Shown: positions 55,806-63,545 of the stretch, piece after piece
Layout of the letters: every line of letters starts with the position of its first letter
How positions within the stretch are numbered: the stretch's first letter is position 1
NCBI GenBank assembly: GCA_965262935.1
Contig: OZ253572.1
Coordinates: 4,420,042-4,484,041, forward strand
DNA length: 64,000 nt
Direction: 5' to 3'
Origin: Spirochaetia bacterium
Lineage (GTDB): Bacteria; Spirochaetota; Spirochaetia; SZUA-6; Bin103
The notes under the pieces: model-generated
What the model saw: only the letters and a program-made list of their open reading frames with translations
Databases searched by the model: none
What the model was told of the DNA's origin: nothing
Position numbers and translations under genes: made by a program

Positions 55806-56777
55806 ATGAAGCGAGAACACGACATGGCGCCTACGCGGTTCTTCCACGAGATCTACGGCAACGTCCACGAGCTTCTCGATAAGGGCCCCTTCCGTTACGA
55901 ACGCGATCTGCAGGAGTTCTTCGAGAAGCACTTGCACACCCTGATTGGTGTTGAATTCCTCGCCTCGGAGCATCCGACTGGCCCGCTCCATGGCCGGCGA
56001 ATCGACACTTTGGGCATCGACGGGGCCGGTCGGCCCGTGGTCGTCGAGTACAAGCGGCGCCAGGATCAGAACGTCATCAATCAGGGGCTGGACTATCTCG
56101 CTTGGCTGGAGGACCATCAGGCGGAATTCCGAGAGCTTGTGCGAAAACAGCTCGGTGACGGGCGCGTCGCAGACATCGACTTCAGAGCGTCGCGCCTGCT
56201 GTGCATCGCCGAGGAATTCCCGCGTCAGGACAAGATCGCTGCGGAAAACAGCCGCCGGCCTATTGAACTGCTTCGCTACCGACGGTACGGCGATGCATAT
56301 GTGGCGCTGGAGTGGGTATACGGCGGCGAGGCACCGGAGCCGGTACCGCCGCCGGACATCCCACCAGCACCCCCCAAGCGCGCTGCGGGCGAAGACCCCG
56401 ACTACTCCCTTTACAAGACCTGGGACAAGACCAGCGAGGAAACCCAGACTCTCTTCCACGAGCTCGAGAAGTTGGTGAAGTCGCTCGGCAGTGTGCAAAC
56501 GGACTTTCACAAGAGCGTGATCTCATTCAAGTGCACGGCCGCCCCGGGCGACAAGCCGCCGGTAGTTGCTTACGTCCATCTTCGTGTCCGGAGCGGCCTC
56601 CGCGTACATATCCAAGAGAAGCACCTGGAGGCCATCCCTCTCGAGGACGGCTTCACTCGCCCCCACAATCGTATGTACCGAGAGATCGTCATCCGTGACC
56701 GGGAACACATCCGAAGGACGAAGCCGCTGTTGCGTGCAGCCTACGACGCTCTCTGTCGGCAGGCCGGTGCGTGTTAG
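55806..56777 (+). CDS. PD-(D/E)xK nuclease-like (NucS/DUF91-type core) protein with C-terminal DUF5655-like domain
   Basis: 323-aa ORF. ERDLQEFFEKHLHTLIG..., RRIDTLGIDGAGRPVVVEYKRRQDQNVINQGLDYLAWL (D...EYK), and a C-terminal F.....VSFK...VAYVHLR..GLRVHI pattern. Confidence 0.55.
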   Translation: MKREHDMAPTRFFHEIYGNVHELLDKGPFRYERDLQEFFEKHLHTLIGVEFLASEHPTGPLHGRRIDTLGIDGAGRPVVVEYKRRQDQNVINQGLDYLAWLEDHQAEFRELVRKQLGDGRVADIDFRASRLLCIAEEFPRQDKIAAENSRRPIELLRYRRYGDAYVALEWVYGGEAPEPVPPPDIPPAPPKRAAGEDPDYSLYKTWDKTSEETQTLFHELEKLVKSLGSVQTDFHKSVISFKCTAAPGDKPPVVAYVHLRVRSGLRVHIQEKHLEAIPLEDGFTRPHNRMYREIVIRDREHIRRTKPLLRAAYDALCRQAGAC

Positions 56778-56877
56778 GATGCGTGGCATTACTCGATACA
56801 GCGTCAACGCGGTTCCGCGCTCGGCTCCGGAAAGTGAACCGGAGTGTCCAGAGTTTCCGGGCTGCCGGCAGGTCCGG

Positions 56878-57015
56878 ATCTCGCGGGAGGCAATCGCCCA
56901 CAGGCCGCTGTTGGAGCAGCACTACGGCCGCCGCTTCCAGCGCCTGCCCTACTCACGGCGCGAACTGTTCGAGCAGATCGAGCAGCCGGCCCTGACGCCG
57001 TTACCGCAACACCAC
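56878..57015 (+). pseudogene. IS21 IstA internal fragment
   Basis: ISREAIAHRPLLEQHYGRRFQRLPYSRRELFEQIEQPALTPLPQHH resembles the ...HRP....PGSRR..FE..ERPAL.PLP segment of IS21-family transposases. No flanking IS features. Confidence 0.3.
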
Positions 57016-57169
57016 TCCCGCTGCAGCAGACCCGCGAAGTTACGCGCCCGCCAGGCGCCTCCGATCCCTTGGCTGGCGACGGGTGGTGCACGCGCGAGGG
57101 CGGCCCCCTCGCGGAGCCGGGAGCGGGACGGCCGCCGACCGCGCCGACCTGCAGCGGTTGGCAGTCGCC

Positions 57170-57580
57170 CTAGCCGGAATCCACAGTCAGCCAGCCGGTT
57201 CCGACCTGGAACCCGAGTGCTGCAGCGACTTCCCGTTGCGGACCGTCGAGGGTAATGAATCCAATCTCCTTTGCCCTTGGCGCGACGTAGAGCGCCGTGG
57301 CGATGTGCCACAGATCCGCACCCCGCAGGTAGCCGGCCTCCAGCGCGCGCGCCAGCTCGATAGCCAGCGGTCGGTCTGGCAGAATCCACTCGATCCTGGA
57401 GAACACCTCTGCGTCGAATTCTAGCCGCTCGCGAGCGAACGCCGCGCGCAGTTCCGCCTCCAGGAGATTCGACGACAGCAACCGCGAGAAGCTTTCCAGT
57501 CGCTCACCGGCTTGGCTAGCACCCGGTTCCTCGAAGGCGATGGCGACCAGCGTGGAAGTGTCAACGTAGGCGATGCTCAC
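57170..57580 (-). CDS. vapC: PIN-domain VapC toxin
   Basis: 136-aa ORF. MSIAYVDTSTLVA, SNLLEAEL, LRGADLWHIATAL and FITLDGPQ give all four acidic PIN positions. Confidence 0.85.
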   Translation of the reverse strand: MSIAYVDTSTLVAIAFEEPGASQAGERLESFSRLLSSNLLEAELRAAFARERLEFDAEVFSRIEWILPDRPLAIELARALEAGYLRGADLWHIATALYVAPRAKEIGFITLDGPQREVAAALGFQVGTGWLTVDSG

Positions 57581-57852
57581 CCGTTGCGCTCGGCAAGAAA
57601 GCGCTTGAGCGCACCTGCTCTGCGCGCCACGGTCACCAGCGGCTTACGTCGTGCACGCTGGCGCACCAGGATGCCACGCCGTTCCAGCTCGGCGAGCCGC
57701 TCTCCGATGGTCTGAGGCGTTTTCTCGATAGGCCGAATCTCTGCTACTGGCTCGCCGCGGCGAGTAACAGTGACCGGAGTGCCGGAGCTTACCAGACGCA
57801 GTACCTCGGAGAAGCGAGCCTTGGCTTCGTATGTGGAGAAGGTGGCATTCAT
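57577..57852 (-). CDS. Phd/YefM-type antitoxin partner of VapC
   Basis: The start is set at MNATFSTYEAKARFSEVLRLVSSGTPVTVTRRGEPVAEIRP (ATG 57852) within ORF 57577-58305. The stop overlaps the vapC start by 4 nt. Confidence 0.8.
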   Translation of the reverse strand: MNATFSTYEAKARFSEVLRLVSSGTPVTVTRRGEPVAEIRPIEKTPQTIGERLAELERRGILVRQRARRKPLVTVARRAGALKRFLAERNG

Positions 57853-58259
57853 CACGTCATTGTGACTAGTCAGACTATCTATGGCAACCGAATAGATCAT
57901 GCAATCATGCAAAGGATGCGATTCGTGCCACGGCGGCGGCTTCCCGCGTCCCAACCATGCAACGCAACTTCGCCGGGGCTCGCTCTGCGCCCCGCCCGCG
58001 CCGACCGCGGCTCGCTCAGCCGATCCTTGCCCGGAATCCGCTCCTTGCGCCGCCTGGACCGGCCTGCCGAGCGCCCTCGCCACCACTCTTCGCCGTGTCG
58101 CCGCTGCCAAACATCCTCTCCAGGCCGTCAACCACCGTTCACCGAGAATCGCTGGCTGGCTGTGGTTCAGCTTGACATTCTTGTGCGTGATTTGATATTC
58201 AAGGCGCGGTAAACCCGATAATTCATTTGGTGCCATAAAGTTGCTAAGTACCACCATGG

Positions 58260-58288
58260 TTGACACAGATTTCATAGTAGAGTATGCT
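58260..58288 (+). promoter_or_regulatory. sigma70-type promoter at the left edge of the low-G+C island
   Basis: TTGACA (58260-58265), a 17-nt spacer, then TATGCT (58283-58288). A second TTGACA lies at 58299-58304 and a third at ~58173, all in an AT-rich tract. Confidence 0.4.
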
Positions 58289-58386
58289 ATAGGGGCGGTT
58301 GACAACTATTCCGTGAATGATACGGTGCACGCCGAAACGCCCGGTACCACCGCACACGAAATCAGGTAGCCGGCTTGGAGTACGAG

Positions 58387-58533
58387 ATGAGCGTACCACA
58401 CTCTGAGCGCCGGATGTCGCGCAGGGCGGTCCTACCCGTGCCCGTCTGGAGTGCTGTGAAACTCCCGCCCCATGGCCAAGAACGCAGTATACGGCGCCCG
58501 GAGGTGTTATACGTTCCTAGGTATCGCGTATGA
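58387..58533 (+). CDS. possible 48-codon leader ORF coupled to the orphan operon
   Basis: ATG 58387 lies 6 nt after GGAG. The ORF reads MSVPHSERRMSRRAVLPVPVWSAVKLPPHGQERSIRRPEVLYVPRYRV*, and its TGA overlaps ATG 58530 (ATGA). No homology recognised. It may instead be a structured 5' leader. Confidence 0.25.
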   Translation: MSVPHSERRMSRRAVLPVPVWSAVKLPPHGQERSIRRPEVLYVPRYRV

Positions 58534-59159
58534 ACGTTGAAATGGTCGATTGGCTGAACGCCAGCGTCGTAATAGTCGGGTCAGGACTACTGGAAACTGA
58601 GAAGGAAATCCGTTCGTTTGCCGATCGAACCTCACCACAAGAAGTTCGATACAATTCCCTCCAGGGTCCGGACGGCACGAAACTCACTGCACAGTTAGAA
58701 ATCCGCAAGGAACGGGTTACCATCGAGGGAAGTAACGAGCGGGTAGCTATAGTCAAGGAGTATCCTGATGATGGTTGGGAAAGGCTTGCGGATATTGCTA
58801 CATTCGTTCTCGAATCCAGCGCGAATCCGGTTCTGACTGCTCGTGGTTACAATGTTGCGTTGGTATTCGGTTCGCAACAAGAGGTGACCGCCGACGAATA
58901 CATAGTTTCCAACATTTTTGCCTCTCTCGCAGTACCAGGATGGAATTTGAGTGGCGGCCTGGCCACTCTTAGATTTAAGGATGAAAACTGTCAAGGGGTT
59001 TGGACAGTGAAGATTGAGCCTCGTGTCGGTAGTAATGATCGTAGGGTATTCATGGATCTGAACCTCCATCTCCCCGGTGCGATAGAGTTGGATGAGATTG
59101 GTTATTACGTCGACTATACGCGTTCTGGAGCACTCTCTTTCTTGGAGTCCTTGAAGTGA
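58530..59159 (+). CDS. hypothetical protein A of orphan low-G+C operon
   Basis: 209-aa ORF with ~50% G+C and balanced amino-acid composition. No motif recognised. The stop overlaps the next start (GTGA). Confidence 0.6.
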   Translation: MNVEMVDWLNASVVIVGSGLLETEKEIRSFADRTSPQEVRYNSLQGPDGTKLTAQLEIRKERVTIEGSNERVAIVKEYPDDGWERLADIATFVLESSANPVLTARGYNVALVFGSQQEVTADEYIVSNIFASLAVPGWNLSGGLATLRFKDENCQGVWTVKIEPRVGSNDRRVFMDLNLHLPGAIELDEIGYYVDYTRSGALSFLESLK

Positions 59160-59881
59160 GCAGCAAGCAGTTTGGAATGGTGAACTTAGGTCGTCAGGTT
59201 AGACCCGGACTCGTTCCACATCAGTATAGATTCCACGTTGGTGATCGAGATCAGCCCTCGGATTCGACTAGCGACTACCATCCGGAAGCGGAGGCCATTC
59301 TTGACACTCGGGTGGTACGTCCCGTGGAGCCTGTCTCGCCCGCCGATGTTCTCGATCTGAACAGTGAGTACGACTTGCTCTACGGCACCGGTTTCCATTG
59401 CTCAACTCATCTCAGCATGGAAGTTGCCAAGAGGCGCTTGCTGGAAGCTGGGTTCATCTCTGGAAGCTACAAGATCGCCTCGTTGATCCATCCAACCTTT
59501 CAGGAGAATACTAGGGATCGAGAGCACCTTCTGAGCATGATCGATGAGGTTGAACAGGAGGCCAACAAGCCTGACTGGGATGGCGATGGTGCGGTTCCGC
59601 TGGACGCAGGTACTGTAGCGGTCGCCAGGGACCTTGTCGGTTGCTTTCCTTCGCTCAAGGAGCTTCCGGATGTCTCGGCTAGCCCACGCGGAGAGATAGA
59701 CTTCGATTGGGAAATTGAAAGACGGGTATCCCTCACGATATGTGTCTGTCGGCCGCCCCGTCACGACATCGTGTTTCTATCAACCAACGGAGCTACGGAG
59801 GTACGTGGTAGAGCGCCGTGGGACGGTGAGTTGCCTCAACCGGTTCGGTGCTGCTTCGAGATTATGAAGGGCTATCTTTGA
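59156..59881 (+). CDS. hypothetical protein B of orphan low-G+C operon
   Basis: 241-aa ORF with GTG start. The C-terminal part contains KPDWDGDGAVPLDAGTVAVARDLV...PDVSASPRGEIDFDWE. No assignable family. Confidence 0.6.
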   Translation: MSSKQFGMVNLGRQVRPGLVPHQYRFHVGDRDQPSDSTSDYHPEAEAILDTRVVRPVEPVSPADVLDLNSEYDLLYGTGFHCSTHLSMEVAKRRLLEAGFISGSYKIASLIHPTFQENTRDREHLLSMIDEVEQEANKPDWDGDGAVPLDAGTVAVARDLVGCFPSLKELPDVSASPRGEIDFDWEIERRVSLTICVCRPPRHDIVFLSTNGATEVRGRAPWDGELPQPVRCCFEIMKGYL

Positions 59882-60301
59882 GTGAAAGTGAGTACATTCT
59901 CCAGGTTCGCATACCATCGGAAAGAAGTGAACAGTACCCGGGCTCACTGGAGGTTGTTCTTACCACCTGAGGATGGAAATCTATCGATCTTCTCTGTCGA
60001 TGGGCTGTCTGAATCAGAGACTACGGATCTTGGTAGAAAAAAAGGACAGAAGCGGGCGGACAAACGTGGTGAGGACGTTTATCTTTACGGATGGGCTCGT
60101 CTCGGCAAGAAAGCACATGCGGTACTCATGGAGGAGAGGCTTTCGTTGAAACCTGATAACCGTCATCACAATGTTGTTGGATGGCCAGATGACGAGCTTG
60201 AAGTACGGCGTATCGCGAAAAGAGTCGCCTGTAGCTGCTGTTCACTATTGCTTGCTTGTCCGGTGAGGATTAGTCCAGCTCCCGCGCAAGCTGGCCCCTG
60301 A
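59882..60301 (+). CDS. hypothetical protein C of orphan low-G+C operon
   Basis: 139-aa ORF starting the nucleotide after the stop of B. HWRLFLPPEDGNLSIFSVDGLSESE...LYGWARL...HHNVVGWPDDELEVRRIAKRVA. No assignable family. Confidence 0.5.
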   Translation: MKVSTFSRFAYHRKEVNSTRAHWRLFLPPEDGNLSIFSVDGLSESETTDLGRKKGQKRADKRGEDVYLYGWARLGKKAHAVLMEERLSLKPDNRHHNVVGWPDDELEVRRIAKRVACSCCSLLLACPVRISPAPAQAGP

Positions 60302-60866
60302 ATCCTGCGCGTCCAGCCTTCCCACGATGGAAGCTGAGCCGTCGCCGGTACGGTGAGAGAGGTCACCGAGCAACTTGACCTCTTTACCATCTGCCATGTA
60401 CGTAGTTATGGGACCGGCTGCCCAGTGCGCGCGTGTCCTTATACGTGGCCATCGTCGGGTTGCCGGCGCCCTTGGGCCGTTCGCGATGCTCGCCTACGTT
60501 TGCCAATATGGCCGAGCGGTTGGGACAGATGTACCTGGAGGCGGAAGCCGACCGGCTCCCGCCTCCGGCGACCCCAAGGTCGACTACCGCCATCTCAGGC
60601 CCATCTTTGTCCTGCTCAACGTAGATCACCCGGCGCGTAAGCTCGGGCGCCACCTCATGACCTCGCCGAGGCCAGCCGACACCTCGATCTTCCCTCCCAA
60701 GCCGCTCACGATGTCATCAACCAGGCTCACAACCGACCGATTCTACCTTAACCTGCCTCTTGACATGTCGAAGGAACCAGGACCACCCCACCTTGACCGA
60801 TTTGACGATTAGGGGGTATAAAGTGACCAATCATCGTTTCATCTTTGAAATTACGAAGTCGATTGT

Positions 60867-61712
60867 ATGGCATACGATCATTACATTCCCCAGTTTATTC
60901 TGCGTAACTGGTCCATTGATCGGACTCACATCTGGACGTACTCTAGGAAGTCCGGCGTACAGCGAAAGCGCATCGACAAAGTTTTTGGTGGACGGAATCT
61001 ATATGCAAGGAAGTCTATCGACTCAACCAATAGTGCGAGCACTTCTGCGGATCCAAGAAAATTTCGACAGAGTGTTCGTAGCGACCCGCATCCCTACGAC
61101 CGAGACACAATGGGTCCATTAGAGTCGGCCGCGGCGCCAATCATAAAGCGCATTATCGTACGAGTTAAGCGTGGGCATCGACCACTTTAGAGTAGACGTG
61201 ACGCCGAGATACTGCAACAGTTTCTGTTTCTGACGGTTCGTCGCACACCGGAATCCCAACAGCGGATTTTTGAAGACTCAACGAAACAGGCTGACGAATT
61301 GGGTCTCGCGATCCTTAATGATCGCTTGAAAGATAGTCAGTACGATTATTCGTTCCAGAACTTGGAAGACTTGCATGAACAGTTTCCCCATACAGAGATT
61401 GTCCGAGATGTTGTGCGCTCAAACACCTTGGCGCAGTTTTCCGCGGGCGCAACTCCGAAGTTGCGCGCAGAGATCAAGCGGTTTTGCGAGGAAACGGGGT
61501 TCTTGATCCTTTCGACAAACGACACGCCGGGACAGTTTATTGTTTGAAGCTACGGACATGCTCCTGTAGTGACGAGCGATCGCGAGAAGTACGGTGTGGG
61601 CGTTATTCTACCGAGGTTGTTGTCTCAAACAAATATCGCAATGGCGGAACAGAGCCACACTATAGTTGCATCAACAAAGTACGAATTGCTGAAGTTTGGG
61701 CGCTATATGTAA
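60867..61712 (+). pseudogene. DUF4238 family gene with two in-frame stop codons
   Basis: The N-terminus MAYDHYIPQFILRNWS is the DUF4238 signature (HY.PQFYLR.F). One 281-codon frame is interrupted by TAG 61188-61190 and TGA 61545-61547, then continues (..LQQFLFLTVRRTPESQQ.., ..FLILSTND..). Confidence 0.6.
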
Positions 61713-61808
61713 TCGATCCCATCGTACCACAGGTCCATGAGCAGAACCGCAAGCAGCGACCACAGGAGCGGCCGGGCTGCACCGGAACGAGACACCGCGG
61801 CCCGGGCG

Positions 61809-62177
61809 CTACTGGTGGCGGAGCGTCGGGTCCAGGCTGTCCCGCAGACCGTCTCCGAACAGGATCAACGACAGCACCGCCAGGAACCTTGCAGTGCCCG
61901 GCAGCGTCGACAGGTACCAGTTGCTGATCAGGTAGTCGCGGCCTTCGCTAATCATCAGCCCCCACTCGGGATGCGGCGGCTGCGCACCCACCCCGATGAA
62001 GCCGAGCGCCGCGGTGGCGAGTATCGCCCAGCCGACGTTCATGGTGGAAGTCACGATCACCGGTCCCCACACGTTGGGCAGGATCTCGCGGAACAGGATC
62101 TTGAAGTCGCTCTTGCCCAGGACCCTGGCGACGCTGGAGTCCGCGCGAGCTGCGAAGATCAGTATTCGTGGGAGGAT
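61809..62177 (-). pseudogene. DppC/OppC-like permease, C-terminal ~122 codons only
   Basis: ...ARVLGKSDFKILFREILPNVWGPVIV...LGFIGVGAQPPHPEWGLMISEGRDYL...LILFGDGLRDSLDP is the tail of ORF 61809-63965. Upstream sequence in that ORF is unrelated run-through. Confidence 0.6.
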
Positions 62178-62624
62178 CTCGGAGGTTAGTGAGATATCAG
62201 GGATAGCGATAGAGCGCTTGTCGGACGGGTTTGGGTTGAAAGTCAATCTGCGTCGACAACCAACCACCATGGATGACTTGCCAAAGTCATACAAGGGCGT
62301 ACCTATCCGGTACGAAGTGGTTGGCGTTATTCGGGCACTTTCTGTACGACACGAGCGTACTTCCTTGTGGCCGGGCGGTTCTTCTGGCCGGCCTGACGCG
62401 CTCTGACCCGTTGGCAGGCACGCCCTTACGTGTACTTCGTCACTGCGCCCTTCACGGCTACAGCGCCCGAAGAGAAGGGCGGCGACCACGCGAGTGGTGC
62501 GCCACCCACCGGCAAGCATGGCCTCGGTCGTGATAGCGTCGCGGCCGGTGAGTTCGGAGGCGAGCTTGGCGCGCCCTGAATGCCCCGTGACACGCCCCTC
62601 CACGCCGCCCCAGTAGTCTTCGAA

Positions 62625-63239
62625 CGGCGGTCCCCTCACCAACGTCAAGGTGCGGCTAAGGCGAAGGCGCTGATGGTGGAAGCCGGCTATGCCGACGGCC
62701 TGGAGATGGATCTCTGGGGCCACAAGGAAGGCATCCAGGGCGTCAGCCCGCCGCTGATGATCGAGAAGATCGGCGCCGACCTGGACAAGATCGGGATCAA
62801 GACCACGCTCAAGTCGCCCACCTGGACGGTGATGTTCGAGAGTCTCTACAGCACCGATCCGGAAGCGCATTCTCCGGCGCTCTACCTCAAGGGCTACGGA
62901 GCGCAGGGCAGCAGCGATCCCGATGCTCCCGGCGGCTTCCCGGATCTGCTCACGGACCACCGCACGGTGGTCGAGGCTTCCGGCTTCAAGAAGGAGTACC
63001 TGCCCGACGTCGACTTCGACTACATCGACGAGATGATGGCCAAGATCAAGTCGGAAACCGATCCCGATGCGCGCAGCATGGCGGTCCAGGAGCTGGACCG
63101 GTACCTGCTGGTGTGGCACACCAACCTGCCGCTGACCCAGTCCCAGGACACGGCCGCCTACCGGTCCGACCTGAGCGGCGTGTACTGGCACGGATTCACC
63201 GACACCTTCGACTGGGCGGCGATCAGGAGAAGCCAGTAG
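62625..63239 (+). pseudogene. family-5 ABC substrate-binding protein, C-terminal part (internally deleted)
   Basis: A GPLTNVKVR trace in one frame is followed by AKAKALMVEAGYADGLEMDLWGHKE...KIGIKTTLKSPTWTVMFE...ETDPDARSMAVQELDRYL in ORF 62580-63239. Confidence 0.6.
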
Positions 63240-63314
63240 GCTATCGTACAGCATGCACGTTTCCGTCCTCGGCGACCGCATCGCCCCGGTCGCCGGGGAC
63301 GGCCCGTTTCGGCA

Positions 63315-63425
63315 GTGAAGATCTACGTCTACATAATCCGCAGGGTGCTCATGTGGCCGCTGGTGCTGTTCGGCGTGGTCACCGTCACCTTCATCATCCT
63401 CGATCCGCGCATCCGGTATGGTTGA
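63315..63425 (+). pseudogene. OppB/DppB-like permease remnant: N-terminus fused to the extreme C-terminus
   Basis: VKIYVYIIRRVLMWPLVLFGVVTVTFIILDPRIRYG*: the N-terminal TM1 (..Y..RR.l...p.l.gv....F) runs straight into the ..DPRIR tail, 36 codons in total. Confidence 0.45.
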
Positions 63426-63545
63426 CCCGTAGATCCGGATCACCTTGGCTCGGCTTCGGCTCAGGGACCGAGGATTGCGGCCCGGCCCGCCACGCCGGAT
63501 AATCGATGGATGGACCGGCATCTCGAGCTTCGTCCGCGCAGGAAG

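Noticed and set aside
58289-58530. Leader of the orphan operon as a retron msr/msd or other known ncRNA class
   Set aside because: No reverse transcriptase gene is nearby. I cannot match the sequence to any RNA family from memory. It is reported only as an unexplained structured leader or small ORF.
60300-60860. Minus-strand reading frames (for example …APELTRRVIYVEQDKDGPEMAVVDLGV…, ORF 60384-60653) as a gene between the orphan operon and DUF4238
   Set aside because: Three short frames are broken by stops and frameshifts, and I cannot assign them to any family. Probably a degraded gene, so no feature is called.
61188-61190. In-frame TAG (pyrrolysine?) and TGA at 61545 (selenocysteine?) in the DUF4238 gene
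   Set aside because: These are two different stop codons in a gene on a decaying foreign island. Neither sits at a conserved redox position, and I see no PYLIS- or SECIS-like hairpin nearby. Nonsense mutations are the simpler explanation.
62440-62575. Acyl-CoA dehydrogenase-like snippet (…GRAKLASELTGRDAITTEAMLAGGW…) on the minus strand
   Set aside because: Only ~25 residues of loose resemblance to the ..AK.. ..E.A......A.Q..GG.G motif. This is insufficient for a feature call.
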